Below are positions 31,648-41,597 of a stretch of DNA of 64,000 nucleotides, piece after piece. Under the pieces are notes generated by a model. It was not told the DNA's origin. It worked only from the letters and a program-made list of their open reading frames with translations, and did not search any database. The DNA comes from Candidatus Kapaibacterium sp. (lineage in GTDB: Bacteria > Bacteroidota > Ignavibacteria > Kapaibacteriales > UBA2268), in the NCBI GenBank assembly GCA_963665665.1, contig OY762428.1, positions 3,360,001-3,424,000 of the forward strand, written 5' to 3'. The stretch's first letter is position 1, and each line of letters begins with the position of its first letter. The position numbers and the translations under genes were made by a program.

Positions 31648-32178
31648 AAACTTTGTTGGAAAAGTGAAAAAATGCAATCCGGTAAGCAATTGATAAAAAA
31701 AGAAATAGAAAGGAGAGTGAAAGTTATCCACAATTTCCAGGTTGTTAACAAAAAGAAAAAAAAGTAGCAAAAAAAAGAAAAATTAATATTATTACATATT
31801 TTTTTCTTATTTTATTAGAGAAGAAGTATAGATTAATAAACACCATAAACTATACTTTTATTTGTCTAAGCAATAGGGAGCATTTCAGAATAAAGCAGCA
31901 ATGACTTAGAACATTAGTGCATTGCCTTCGACCCCTCCAACCTTCCCCCGACCGCATCTTTCATACATTATCTGCAAAGTAAGATGGATTCTTCAGTCGC
32001 AAGCTCCTTCAGAATGACATCGTTACTTGTTCTCCGCTGGCGTAGGAGCCCGAAGGACGGGATAAATAAGATTCCACCCCCGGCTTATCCCGGCGTGTCG
32101 GAGCCAGTGGGGGACAGGCAGACATTAATTGAACCAATTCATATCGTTGGGTGAATGAAGAAAATTTATGATAGATAC

Positions 32179-35100
32179 CTACGCCGCCTCTTCTATGCTT
32201 CTGTCAAGCCTGACGGAAACAACTTTTGATACGCCGTCTTCCTGCATGGTGATGCCGTAAAGCGTATCGGCTGATTCCATTGTTTTCTTGTTGTGTGTAA
32301 CTATCAGGAACTGAGTGTTCCTGCTGAAATCCCTGATCATATTCAGGAAGCGTCCCAGGTTTGCATCGTCGAGCGGGGCATCCACCTCGTCGAGGATACA
32401 GAACGGGCTGGGCTTAACAAGGTAAATGGCGAAAAGCAGGGCTATTGCAGTAAGTGTTTTTTCGCCGCTTGATATGCCTTCAATCGAGTGCGGTTTCTTG
32501 CCCGGGGGCTTTGCCATAATTTTTATATCGGCTTCAAGCGGGTCGCCTTCCTCCAGTTTAATATCTCCCTCGCCGTCGCCTCCGAACAATGTTTTAAACA
32601 GCTTATGGAAATTATTCCTTATCTCGTCGAATGTTTCGCGGAATTTTGCCTGGGCCGTCCTGTTTATTTCCTCAATAGTTTCGTTCAGGTTTTTCTCGGC
32701 TTCTGTCAGGTCCTGCACCTGTGTCAGGTTGAACTGCAGGCGTTCAGATTCTGCGTCGAAATCCGCCAATGCTCTGTGGTTAACCGGGCCGATATTCTTC
32801 AGCTTTTCATGAAGCTCGCGGACAATTTTCCTGCTTTCGTCTATCGAGAATTCCTCAAGAGGTTCAAAGCCGATGGTACAAAGCGTCTGCTCGTAAGTTT
32901 CGGCGGCCCTTTCCTCCAGGCTTTGCATTTTGGTGCATACCTCGTTGAATTTTATATCTTTTTCGTGAAGGGCGTTTACTGTTTTTTCTCTTTCCTTGCG
33001 TTGCCTGTATAGTTCGCCTGTCATCTGTTCGGATTGCTCCTGCAGTCCGCTCAGGTTCTCGTAAAGATATTCGCTGCGGTTTTTAACTTCGTCGGCGCTT
33101 CTTTCAATAACAATCAGCTCTTCATGCAGCTTATCAATATTTTCGCCTATCTTTTCAATTTCGTGTCCGCCGCTTTTCAGTTCCGAGCTCTTCTGCGAGG
33201 CGTTTCTTTCCTGGCTTCTAATATTATTTTCCAGTCGGGACATATCGCGTTCCAGATTATCCCTTTCCGCCTTCACCCTGACGTAATTCAATTCAAACTC
33301 GCGTGCTTCCTCGTCTATTTCGGCAAGATTTTCCTCGGCGTTTTTTACTTCCTCAAGTTTATCAAGGAGGTTTTCGCGGACTTCCCTCAGCAGGTCTTCG
33401 GTCTTATCGGATTCCGCTTTGCCTGAGTCAATTTCCTGTTCAATGTCTGCCGCTTCGTCCTGAAGTTCTGCCGAGCTGTCCTCGATATCTTTTATTTTTG
33501 ATTCGAGCATTTCGCCGCGGTATTCCAGCTTGGATTTCCTGTTCTGATTATTATTCAGGGCTATTTCGGCATCCCTCACGGCAGCATTAAGCGCTGCAAG
33601 GTCTATTCCGTCAAATTCCGATTTTGTATCGCTGTAATTATCTTCGGATTTTTTAATATTATCTCTCAGGTCGGCAATGCTCTTCTTCAGGCTTTCAATT
33701 CTTTCAAGTTTACCTACGGTGATTGATTCCGGGTTAACAAGTGCGCCGCCCCTTACAGAACCGCCTGAGCGAACTACCTCGCCTGCAAGCGTTACTGCCG
33801 AAACTGCTTTTCCTTCATCGACTATTTTATAAGCAGCTTCCAGGTCGTCCACCAGGGCCATATCGCCGGTTATCGCCCTTACTGCATTCCTGAGTTTGTC
33901 ATCGCACCTGACAAGTTCGCTGATCCTGCCGTAAACGCTGTCATCATTATCAATTTCCGTGAATGGCTTGAATTCCGGGATATCGTCGCGGCAGATAAAT
34001 GTGGCCTTTCCCTTATTCTTTTCTGCAAGCAGGTTGAAAGCAGCCTGAGCGTGCTCCCTGCTATCGACAACAAAGTAGCGAACCGCTTCGCCGAGCGCGG
34101 CGTCAACGGCTACAAGGAATTTATCATCGGCTCCGACAGCTTCGGCAAGCTGTGTTTTTTCGCCATCGAATTGCCAGTTCTTATCGTCAAGCAGGAATTT
34201 TGAACTCTCGGCGGAATCCACCAGGCCTGAAACAAAATCAAGCGTAGCCTGCTTTTGCGATAGGTCGTTCTTATGATCAAGAATTTTTCGGCTTATCCTG
34301 TCCATGTCATTCTGTAATGACTTTTTCTTCTCCCGCCCGAGATTGAGTTCACTTTCGGCTTCTTTCTGATTTTCAGCAAGTTCGTCGGCTTCTTCGATCA
34401 CATCTTCAATGTCGGAATTTATCTCGTCAATCTGGCTTCGGATATTTGAAACTTCTTCCTGTGAGCCGTAAATTTTCTTTTCAAGCTGCTGCTTCCTGTC
34501 CTGGCTTTTGCGTATGGAATTATTTATTGATTTCAGGTTGCTGTCTAAGTTTACCACTTTGCTGTTTAGTTCGTTTGCCTGATCGCGAAGATTTTTCACC
34601 ATCCGCTGAATTTCCTCCCTGCCGGATTTTTTGCTTTCAAGCAGATCGGCTGCTTTTTCCAGTTCAAGCGAAAGTTCGTTCATTCGCGAAGACGATTCTT
34701 TCACCTGGCGGCTCATGCGGACAACAGCCTCTTCGGCGTCTTTAATTTCTCTTTCCAGTCTTTCCCTGTTGGAGTTCAGCGCGGCTATCCTTTCGGAACT
34801 GACAGCAATGTCCTTCTGCTTCCTGCTGATTGTATCGGACAGTTCAGCTTCCCGGTTACGGGCTTTCTGGTAATCGTCGTTAATTTTATTTCTTTTCTCG
34901 TTAATATCTTTCAGCGATGATTCAAGCTCGTTGATGCCATTTTCAATCTTTTCTCTTTCATTCATCAGATCAGACATCAGGTCTTCAAGATTTTCACGGA
35001 CAAGGCTGAAATGATGATGCTCGTGGTTGATAAGGGCAACTTCGGTATCGCGTAGTTCAAGGTGAAGTTTATTATATCTCCTTGTTTTCGCAGCCTGGCG

Positions 35101-35718
35101 TTTCAGCGAGTTAACGTTTTTCTCTATTTCAGCCACAAGGTCGCGCACGCGGGTAAGGTTTTCCTCCACCTGGTTAAGTTTCCTTATAGCTTCACGGCGG
35201 CGAATCTTATATTTATTAACTCCGGCGGCTTCCTCGAAGAGATGCCTTCTTTCGTCCACCTTGCCGCTCAGGATGGCTTCCACCATTTTCAGCTCGATAA
35301 CGGAATAGGAATCCGGGCCAAGGCCGGTATCCATGAAAAGTTCCGTAATATCGCGGAGCCTGCATTTTGCTTTGTTCAGCAGGTATTGGCTGTCGCCGTT
35401 GCGGAACAGGCGTCGGGCAATGTTCACCTCGTTGTATTCAGTCGGGAGTATTCCCTTGTTATTCCTGATGGTCATGTTCACTTCGGCAAAGCCGAGAGGT
35501 TTTCTTAGCCGGGAACCGTTGAAGATAACATTTTCCATGTTGTCCGAGCGAAGCACCGAGGACTTCTGCTCGCCCAGCACCCAGCGAATAGCATCCACCA
35601 CGTTGGATTTTCCGCAGCCGTTGGGCCCTACAACCCCGGAAACGCCTCCGGAGAAATCAAATTTGGTTTTCTGGGCAAAGGATTTGAATCCCGTTATTTC
35701 TATTCTTGAAAGATACAT
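32179..35718 (-). CDS. smc: Chromosome segregation protein SMC
   Basis: GFKSF, GPNGCGKSN Walker A, hinge, coiled coils, SSGEK signature, LDEVDAPLD. Confidence 0.97.
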   Translation of the reverse strand: MYLSRIEITGFKSFAQKTKFDFSGGVSGVVGPNGCGKSNVVDAIRWVLGEQKSSVLRSDNMENVIFNGSRLRKPLGFAEVNMTIRNNKGILPTEYNEVNIARRLFRNGDSQYLLNKAKCRLRDITELFMDTGLGPDSYSVIELKMVEAILSGKVDERRHLFEEAAGVNKYKIRRREAIRKLNQVEENLTRVRDLVAEIEKNVNSLKRQAAKTRRYNKLHLELRDTEVALINHEHHHFSLVRENLEDLMSDLMNEREKIENGINELESSLKDINEKRNKINDDYQKARNREAELSDTISRKQKDIAVSSERIAALNSNRERLEREIKDAEEAVVRMSRQVKESSSRMNELSLELEKAADLLESKKSGREEIQRMVKNLRDQANELNSKVVNLDSNLKSINNSIRKSQDRKQQLEKKIYGSQEEVSNIRSQIDEINSDIEDVIEEADELAENQKEAESELNLGREKKKSLQNDMDRISRKILDHKNDLSQKQATLDFVSGLVDSAESSKFLLDDKNWQFDGEKTQLAEAVGADDKFLVAVDAALGEAVRYFVVDSREHAQAAFNLLAEKNKGKATFICRDDIPEFKPFTEIDNDDSVYGRISELVRCDDKLRNAVRAITGDMALVDDLEAAYKIVDEGKAVSAVTLAGEVVRSGGSVRGGALVNPESITVGKLERIESLKKSIADLRDNIKKSEDNYSDTKSEFDGIDLAALNAAVRDAEIALNNNQNRKSKLEYRGEMLESKIKDIEDSSAELQDEAADIEQEIDSGKAESDKTEDLLREVRENLLDKLEEVKNAEENLAEIDEEAREFELNYVRVKAERDNLERDMSRLENNIRSQERNASQKSSELKSGGHEIEKIGENIDKLHEELIVIERSADEVKNRSEYLYENLSGLQEQSEQMTGELYRQRKEREKTVNALHEKDIKFNEVCTKMQSLEERAAETYEQTLCTIGFEPLEEFSIDESRKIVRELHEKLKNIGPVNHRALADFDAESERLQFNLTQVQDLTEAEKNLNETIEEINRTAQAKFRETFDEIRNNFHKLFKTLFGGDGEGDIKLEEGDPLEADIKIMAKPPGKKPHSIEGISSGEKTLTAIALLFAIYLVKPSPFCILDEVDAPLDDANLGRFLNMIRDFSRNTQFLIVTHNKKTMESADTLYGITMQEDGVSKVVSVRLDRSIEEAA

Positions 35719-36162
35719 CTATATTTTACCAAAATTCTTTTTTGTCATTTTATCGAACTACAAAAATAATAAAATAAGCTGCAAAGTTTTGCACATGAAA
35801 TGCTATTTTATGCACAAAGTTTTTCTTCTTGAAGCGAAGGGGCATGATTCATAATACTGCTTACATTTGTTGACTTTCAGCCGTTTATATTTTGTGTGGT
35901 AAATTGAAACAAAGTTTGTAATATTCCTTAAGATTACAAAATTGGAAATGAGAAGGAAAAATCATTCCTTGCCTGTATCCGGTTGGCTGTAAAGTTTGCG
36001 AAGGAACCCGATATATTTCTGATAAATCGGAACAAACTAAGACAGGCAGTGGATAGGATATAATTTCTAAACTCCTTACCCCGGAACGAAAAAACAATAA
36101 GTTAGAAAAACAACGCTTTAAATTAATATGTCGCGTTATTTATAATTGTTTCCATATCAATA

Positions 36163-36340
36163 AATCTGAACAATAAAATATACTTATGCCTGACCTCCAC
36201 AAACCATTCCGAATGAGAGACTTACTTCAAAGCCCTCCCCGCTGGGGAGAAGCGGCCCCTTACGAGGATTCCACACTGTGTGTTGTGATGGGTCTGAAAC
36301 TGAATTGGAATATTCAAAACTAAGACTTTTAAAAATTACG
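36163..36340. repeat. Dispersed REP/MITE-like element, copy 2
   Basis: Homologous to 2457-2592 with an internal insertion. Confidence 0.65.
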
Positions 36341-36363
36341 TAAATTAAGGTTGTCAGAAACTA

Positions 36364-37482
36364 TTATTGCGACAATCCCCTCGCGGCTATTTTATATTTT
36401 TCAACAAGCTGTTCATTATCAACAATGTGCAAATAATCATATAGATTAACTACAGTGCAGGCATGGTTGGGAATAATTCTTACTCTCTCGCCAATTTGAA
36501 AGTTACACCCTTTATATAGTATTATCCCGTGCTCTTCCGAAAGACGGGCTATTACTGCACCTTTTTTGCCGATAATGTAGCCGTGCCCTTTATAGTCTGT
36601 ATTCTCTGTTTTTGGTGTTGAGTCAAGGTTCAGAGCTTTATTTCCTGCATCAATCACTGCGCGTCCCGGTTCAGGAACCGATACAACAGTTGCCATAACA
36701 GTCAGGGCACATTGGTCAATAGAGCTGGTAGCAAGAGCTACCTGTGTCATATCCCTGAATACATAATTGCCGGCACGTAGTTCCGAGAGTTGTCCTGATT
36801 CAGCCACAAATTGAGAACCCGGCGTTGAACCAATGCTTACTTCTTCGGGTTTAACCCCATTTGCTTTAAGAAAATCCGTTATTTCCCTGATAAAATTGCT
36901 TTCATGATTAGTTATATCCCTGATCTCATTTATATTCGGAGCAGTATATGCCTGGCCGCCATGAGTAAGAAGTCCCCGAAAGTTTACGGATTTATTTTCC
37001 TGTGAAAATTTTGCCAGATCGAGAATTTTGTCTTTATCAAAACAGCCCGTCCTATGATACCCGGTATCAACTTTTATCATGTAATCAATGTTTGAACAAG
37101 TAAATGATTCGGCAAGCATTTTGAGTGATGCCCGGGAATCTATACAAACAGCAAGTTTGTCAACTTTCTTACGCAGATTTTTCAGTCTTTCCAACTTGAG
37201 CTTCCCGACAATAATATTTGCTACGAGTATATCTGTGAAACCATGCGAAGCCATAAGATCAGCCTCGCCTATCTTCGCACAGCATATACCTTTTGCTCCG
37301 GCATTTTTTTGTAGCAGGGCTATTTCAGGTGTTTTGTGTGTTTTTATATGTGGCCTCAGGCTGATGTTGTTGCTATCCGCAAGTTTCTGCATTCTGATTA
37401 TATTATTTTTTAATATTTTCTTTTCAACGAGAAGCGCCGGGGTGTCAATATTTGCAAAGTCTGTATATATTCTGTCTTTCAT
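36364..37482 (-). CDS. D-threonine aldolase / DSD1-like PLP-dependent enzyme (alanine racemase fold)
   Basis: DTPALLV, LRPHIKTHK, GSTP, ELRAGNYVFRD, LSEEHG, IIPNHAC. Confidence 0.9.
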   Translation of the reverse strand: MKDRIYTDFANIDTPALLVEKKILKNNIIRMQKLADSNNISLRPHIKTHKTPEIALLQKNAGAKGICCAKIGEADLMASHGFTDILVANIIVGKLKLERLKNLRKKVDKLAVCIDSRASLKMLAESFTCSNIDYMIKVDTGYHRTGCFDKDKILDLAKFSQENKSVNFRGLLTHGGQAYTAPNINEIRDITNHESNFIREITDFLKANGVKPEEVSIGSTPGSQFVAESGQLSELRAGNYVFRDMTQVALATSSIDQCALTVMATVVSVPEPGRAVIDAGNKALNLDSTPKTENTDYKGHGYIIGKKGAVIARLSEEHGIILYKGCNFQIGERVRIIPNHACTVVNLYDYLHIVDNEQLVEKYKIAARGLSQ

Positions 37483-37632
37483 GTTTTTTCCGGAATAATA
37501 TTTATAAATAAAAGATAAATTTTTAGGAAAAACAGCCGAATAGTATTTTATGATACGCTGTTTGAAAAATAAATTTCAGAAATTATTTACTGAAATCACT
37601 CGGATATTAAATTAATTTATTTATCTTGCATT

Positions 37633-38229
37633 ATGAAATATTTTTTGGGAATAATGGGTTTGTTGATTTTCATTTCCGCCTGTACGCCGGTAAGATATAA
37701 GGTATTCAACAAATCAAAAAAAAGCGGGGTAATGATAATTGATACTGCTGCTGTAAATGAAGATAATAATTCCGGCTATCATGATCCGTATAAAGATTAT
37801 CGCTACACCGATACCACATACATTGATGTTGAAGCCAATAAAGCTCTGTTGCCACTTGGGGTTCAGGGCCAGTTCGAACAGGCTCTAAGGCAATTCGACG
37901 AGGAAAACTATGAAGAATCCTGCCAGGTTTTCCGTCAGCTTTCCACTACCATCAACCCGGATGATTCACTTTATTTCGAATCTTTTTTCTATTGTGCGGA
38001 ATGCAGGATACTTGATGACAAATTAGAAAAAGCCGAAGAAATTCTTACTGATCTGATCAGCAACCAGAAAACACCCGAAGCTGTTATCGAACGCTGCCTT
38101 GTCAGGCTTGGCCAGATATATTGCGTTACCGAAAGAAAAAAGCAGGCATACGCCCTTTTCGACCGTTTGAAAAAAGAATATCCCAACTCCATTTATATAA
38201 AGATTGCTAATTGCGATGTTGTTAATTAA
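37633..38229 (+). CDS. TPR lipoprotein
   Basis: ISAC lipobox; TPR-like helices ending LKKEYPNSIY. Confidence 0.7.
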   Translation: MKYFLGIMGLLIFISACTPVRYKVFNKSKKSGVMIIDTAAVNEDNNSGYHDPYKDYRYTDTTYIDVEANKALLPLGVQGQFEQALRQFDEENYEESCQVFRQLSTTINPDDSLYFESFFYCAECRILDDKLEKAEEILTDLISNQKTPEAVIERCLVRLGQIYCVTERKKQAYALFDRLKKEYPNSIYIKIANCDVVN

Positions 38230-38377
38230 TTTAACAAATATTGATAACTTTGATAATTTATAATTGCTATCTGTAATCAGAAAAATCAAACAACTGTCAG
38301 GCAAACAAACAGAATTACATTCAAACCTTAAGAATTAGTTTTTAATACAAAAGTATTCCCGAAACCGAGTGATCGCT

Positions 38378-39442
38378 ATGAATACTACAAATGCAAAAAT
38401 AATTTTCACAAGTGGTACCGGCAACTCATGGAAAGCAGCACAATGGGCATCAGATGTTATTTCTTCATACAATATAAACTGTACTATCAGCTCATGCGAA
38501 AAAACTCCTGTTGCAGAACTAAAACCCGCCCCGGATCATATTATTGGGTTTGTATCTCCTACTCATGGATTTACCCTTCCCTGGCACATGCTGAAGTACC
38601 TGCTATCACTACCGGCCGGGAATGGAGCAAAAGCTTTTGTAATAGCTACCAGGGGCAGCCTGAGAGTATTTGGAAGGAACCTGCCGGGTATCAGCGGTTC
38701 TCTCACATTTCTTGCAGCACTAATTTTATTGATAAAACGCTGGAAAGTTGTCGGGCTGGAAAGTATAAACATGCCGTCAAACTGGTATTCATTGCACCCT
38801 CCCCAGTCAAGAAAATCACATGAAAATATTATTACCCGGTCAGAAACAAAAGTAGAATATTTCGTACAAAAATTAATAAACGGTAAAAAAGTATTCTTTT
38901 CTTTGAACAATTTATATGAATTCTTCTGGGCTTTTGTACTATTACCAATTTCAATATTATACCTGCTTGTCGGGCGTTTCTTCCTTGCCAAGCTTTTTTT
39001 TGCCAATAGTCGTTGCGATTCGTGCGGAGCCTGTGCTGAAAACTGTCCGATTTCAGCGATACAAATAATTAAAGGCAGGCCCTACTGGAAATACAACTGT
39101 GAATCATGTATGCGTTGCGCGGCAATATGCCCGAAAAATGCTGTTGAAGCAGGCCACTCCCTCGGAGTAATCCTTTACTTTATATGCAGTATTCCAATTT
39201 CAACATGGTTGTTTTCACTTCCGGGAGGCACACTTGTTTCACTTGATTTTCATGGTTCGATTACCGGGCAGATAATAAACACATTGTATTTCTATCCGGC
39301 AGTTTTTTTCACTTATTTTATCTTCACGAAACTTATCAGAATTAAAATTGTGAACAAGTTTTTCACCTATACAACATTCACACATATTTGGGGTAGATAC
39401 TTTCTGCCGGGGCTAAAAAAAGGCAGCCTGAATAAAAAATAA
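38378..39442 (+). CDS. EFR1-type flavodoxin/ferredoxin fusion with membrane segments
   Basis: FTSGTGNS flavodoxin motif; CDSCGACAENCP and CESCMRCAAICP. Confidence 0.85.
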   Translation: MNTTNAKIIFTSGTGNSWKAAQWASDVISSYNINCTISSCEKTPVAELKPAPDHIIGFVSPTHGFTLPWHMLKYLLSLPAGNGAKAFVIATRGSLRVFGRNLPGISGSLTFLAALILLIKRWKVVGLESINMPSNWYSLHPPQSRKSHENIITRSETKVEYFVQKLINGKKVFFSLNNLYEFFWAFVLLPISILYLLVGRFFLAKLFFANSRCDSCGACAENCPISAIQIIKGRPYWKYNCESCMRCAAICPKNAVEAGHSLGVILYFICSIPISTWLFSLPGGTLVSLDFHGSITGQIINTLYFYPAVFFTYFIFTKLIRIKIVNKFFTYTTFTHIWGRYFLPGLKKGSLNKK

Positions 39443-39466
39443 AAAAAACAAACAACTAAATGATCA

Positions 39467-40264
39467 CTACTCGTACTTGTAAACATTATACAGAGAATCC
39501 AGTTCTGTTTTTTCCAGAATTCTGTTATAAAGCCTCACATCATCAATACATCCGTTGAATCCGTGATACAAATCATTTCCATATTTTATACCACCGATAA
39601 TCCCTTTTACCGGAGTTTGAATCCTCGGGTTACGCCCGATATCAACATTTGAGTTATTAATTTCAGCATAAGTATAATCATTGGAATATTTGATAACATA
39701 AAATTTCCACTCTGGCTGATCTAATTGTTCATACAGGCTTTGCAGTGGTACTATTCCGGCAGTATCCGCACCAACAGCAAAATTAATATATTGAATATTT
39801 GACTGTGTTATCCAGTAATCATTATGCCGTATAATTCCCATCCATCCTGAATAAAAATCACCATAGAAGAAATAACCCGCATTATCATTAGTACCAGGGC
39901 CATAATCTTTTACCCACATGGTAAGAGTAAATTCCCTGAGTGAATCAAATGAGATTTCAGGTAATTCAATAAACTGCGGATTTATCCCGTCAGCATCTAA
40001 TTCAACACATAATCCATGAATTCCCTTAATAAAATCAGGATTATTTTTAACATTTGCAGTGTTGCCGTTGCCGCTTCTGTCGGTTCCCGTTTTATCATTA
40101 AAATCCCAGTAAGCTACCAGATTATCACGAACAACACCTGACTCTTCGAAGTTTTCAGGTGTCTTGTCTGTTTTTTTCACATTTTCCTCGATACCAAGAG
40201 GACTTTTACAGGAAAGAAAAAAAAGGAAGACTAAAAGAACTGATGCGGGACAATATTTTTTCAT
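39467..40264 (-). CDS. LamG/concanavalin-like lipoprotein
   Basis: FLSC lipobox; LVAYWDFN...DRSGNGN; FNGCIDDVRLYNR. Confidence 0.85.
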   Translation of the reverse strand: MKKYCPASVLLVFLFFLSCKSPLGIEENVKKTDKTPENFEESGVVRDNLVAYWDFNDKTGTDRSGNGNTANVKNNPDFIKGIHGLCVELDADGINPQFIELPEISFDSLREFTLTMWVKDYGPGTNDNAGYFFYGDFYSGWMGIIRHNDYWITQSNIQYINFAVGADTAGIVPLQSLYEQLDQPEWKFYVIKYSNDYTYAEINNSNVDIGRNPRIQTPVKGIIGGIKYGNDLYHGFNGCIDDVRLYNRILEKTELDSLYNVYKYE

Positions 40265-40272
40265 TGAATAAC

Positions 40273-41574
40273 CTATAATTTAAAATTAACACCGGAATTC
40301 AAACTGATTTTTCCTGAATTATAATTCCTGCCCTGATGACTATAATACATTGAATTGTATTGAGCTCCAAAAACAAAATTGATACCGCTTACCGGACTGT
40401 AATAAAAACCAGCCTGCAATCTTCCCACAAAACCAATTGAATTTCCTCCAACGGAAAGTTCTGCAAAAGGATTAAAATTGTAATATTTCTTAGTAAAGTA
40501 TCTAAAATTTAAATCGTAAGTAGTAAAATTTGGTTGTTGCTCATAATCGAATTCCCTGTTATCCTCGCTACCAGCGAATTTTTGATAAAAATTCTCCCTG
40601 CGAATATCCAGTCCCAGATGAAACCTGTCATAAACAGGATAAAAAATAGCAAAACTGAAATTATTAAAAAGCTGCTCCTGTGCCGGCCAGATTGTTTCAT
40701 TATTCAAGTCCCAGTCCTGGATAACTTTAACTTCGAGTGAAAGTGGTATTCCGATTTTAATATTATTTATCGGGTAATCATAGCCCAAAGGCTCCGGCAT
40801 ATTAATATCATCAGTAACTGCCGGCTTGATAACAGGAGCTATCCTTGACACATTTATATTATTTTTGCGTAATATGATATCTGCAGGACTGGAATTGCCT
40901 GGTTTATAATTTAATGTTGAATTTTCTGCAATTCTTATGATATTATCATCTTCTGAAGAATGTGTAGTATTTGATTCATATAAGCTTTCATTAATAACCG
41001 AATTTTGAGAATTGGCAGTAATCTCATTCCTGCTTTCTGAAGTCGAGCTTATAACGGGAATTTGATTCTGATTGTAATTCCCCCGATTTCCGGAAATATT
41101 ATCCTGGCTATGCTCGCTTTCAAAATTATTCAGAGAAGTCTGCTTTTCCCGGCTTACATGATTCCTGGTTGAATTTTGAACAGCCTGAGGCATGTTGCCG
41201 GCAGTGTCACTATCCGGTGAAAACAAAACAAATGATGATACAGTCAGGATAGTAGCAACAGCTCCGCCGGTCAGGGCCTGAGTATAATTCCCGAGCCAGG
41301 TAAGTATTTTCTGCCAAAAAGTTGTGCCGATAACACCTGCGGTTGCGGCAGCCCCCGGTATGGCCATACCGGCAGTAGCGAAAATTGAAGTTTTAATCCC
41401 CGGGGAAGGAGTAAATATATCCCTGTTGGCACTAACAGCCGCTTTCATTTCAACAAGATTACGCATTTGCTCTCTAAGTTCCTGATCTGATGACAATGCC
41501 ATAAAAAGCGGTTGCTCCAGTTCAGTTTTCAGAGAACCATCAAGGTAATCGTTTATCATTTCAAAATAATTCAT
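40273..41574 (-). CDS. Predicted anti-sigma factor with TM helix, disordered linker and C-terminal outer-membrane beta-barrel
   Basis: INDYLDGSL...LF..L..D.ELR N-terminus; TM at about aa 100-120; S/N-rich linker; amphipathic strands ending ISLNSGVNFKL. Confidence 0.7.
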   Translation of the reverse strand: MNYFEMINDYLDGSLKTELEQPLFMALSSDQELREQMRNLVEMKAAVSANRDIFTPSPGIKTSIFATAGMAIPGAAATAGVIGTTFWQKILTWLGNYTQALTGGAVATILTVSSFVLFSPDSDTAGNMPQAVQNSTRNHVSREKQTSLNNFESEHSQDNISGNRGNYNQNQIPVISSTSESRNEITANSQNSVINESLYESNTTHSSEDDNIIRIAENSTLNYKPGNSSPADIILRKNNINVSRIAPVIKPAVTDDINMPEPLGYDYPINNIKIGIPLSLEVKVIQDWDLNNETIWPAQEQLFNNFSFAIFYPVYDRFHLGLDIRRENFYQKFAGSEDNREFDYEQQPNFTTYDLNFRYFTKKYYNFNPFAELSVGGNSIGFVGRLQAGFYYSPVSGINFVFGAQYNSMYYSHQGRNYNSGKISLNSGVNFKL

Positions 41575-41597
41575 ATCAGCTTACCAGTAATTTGTCC

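Larger units (their letters stand above)
30445..31887 (+). mobile_element. IS3-family insertion sequence (1443 bp)
   Basis: TG...CA ends with imperfect IRs (TGAACGGCTTCCT / TGAAATGCTCCCT); 3-bp GAA target duplication at 30442-30444 and 31888-31890. Confidence 0.92.
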
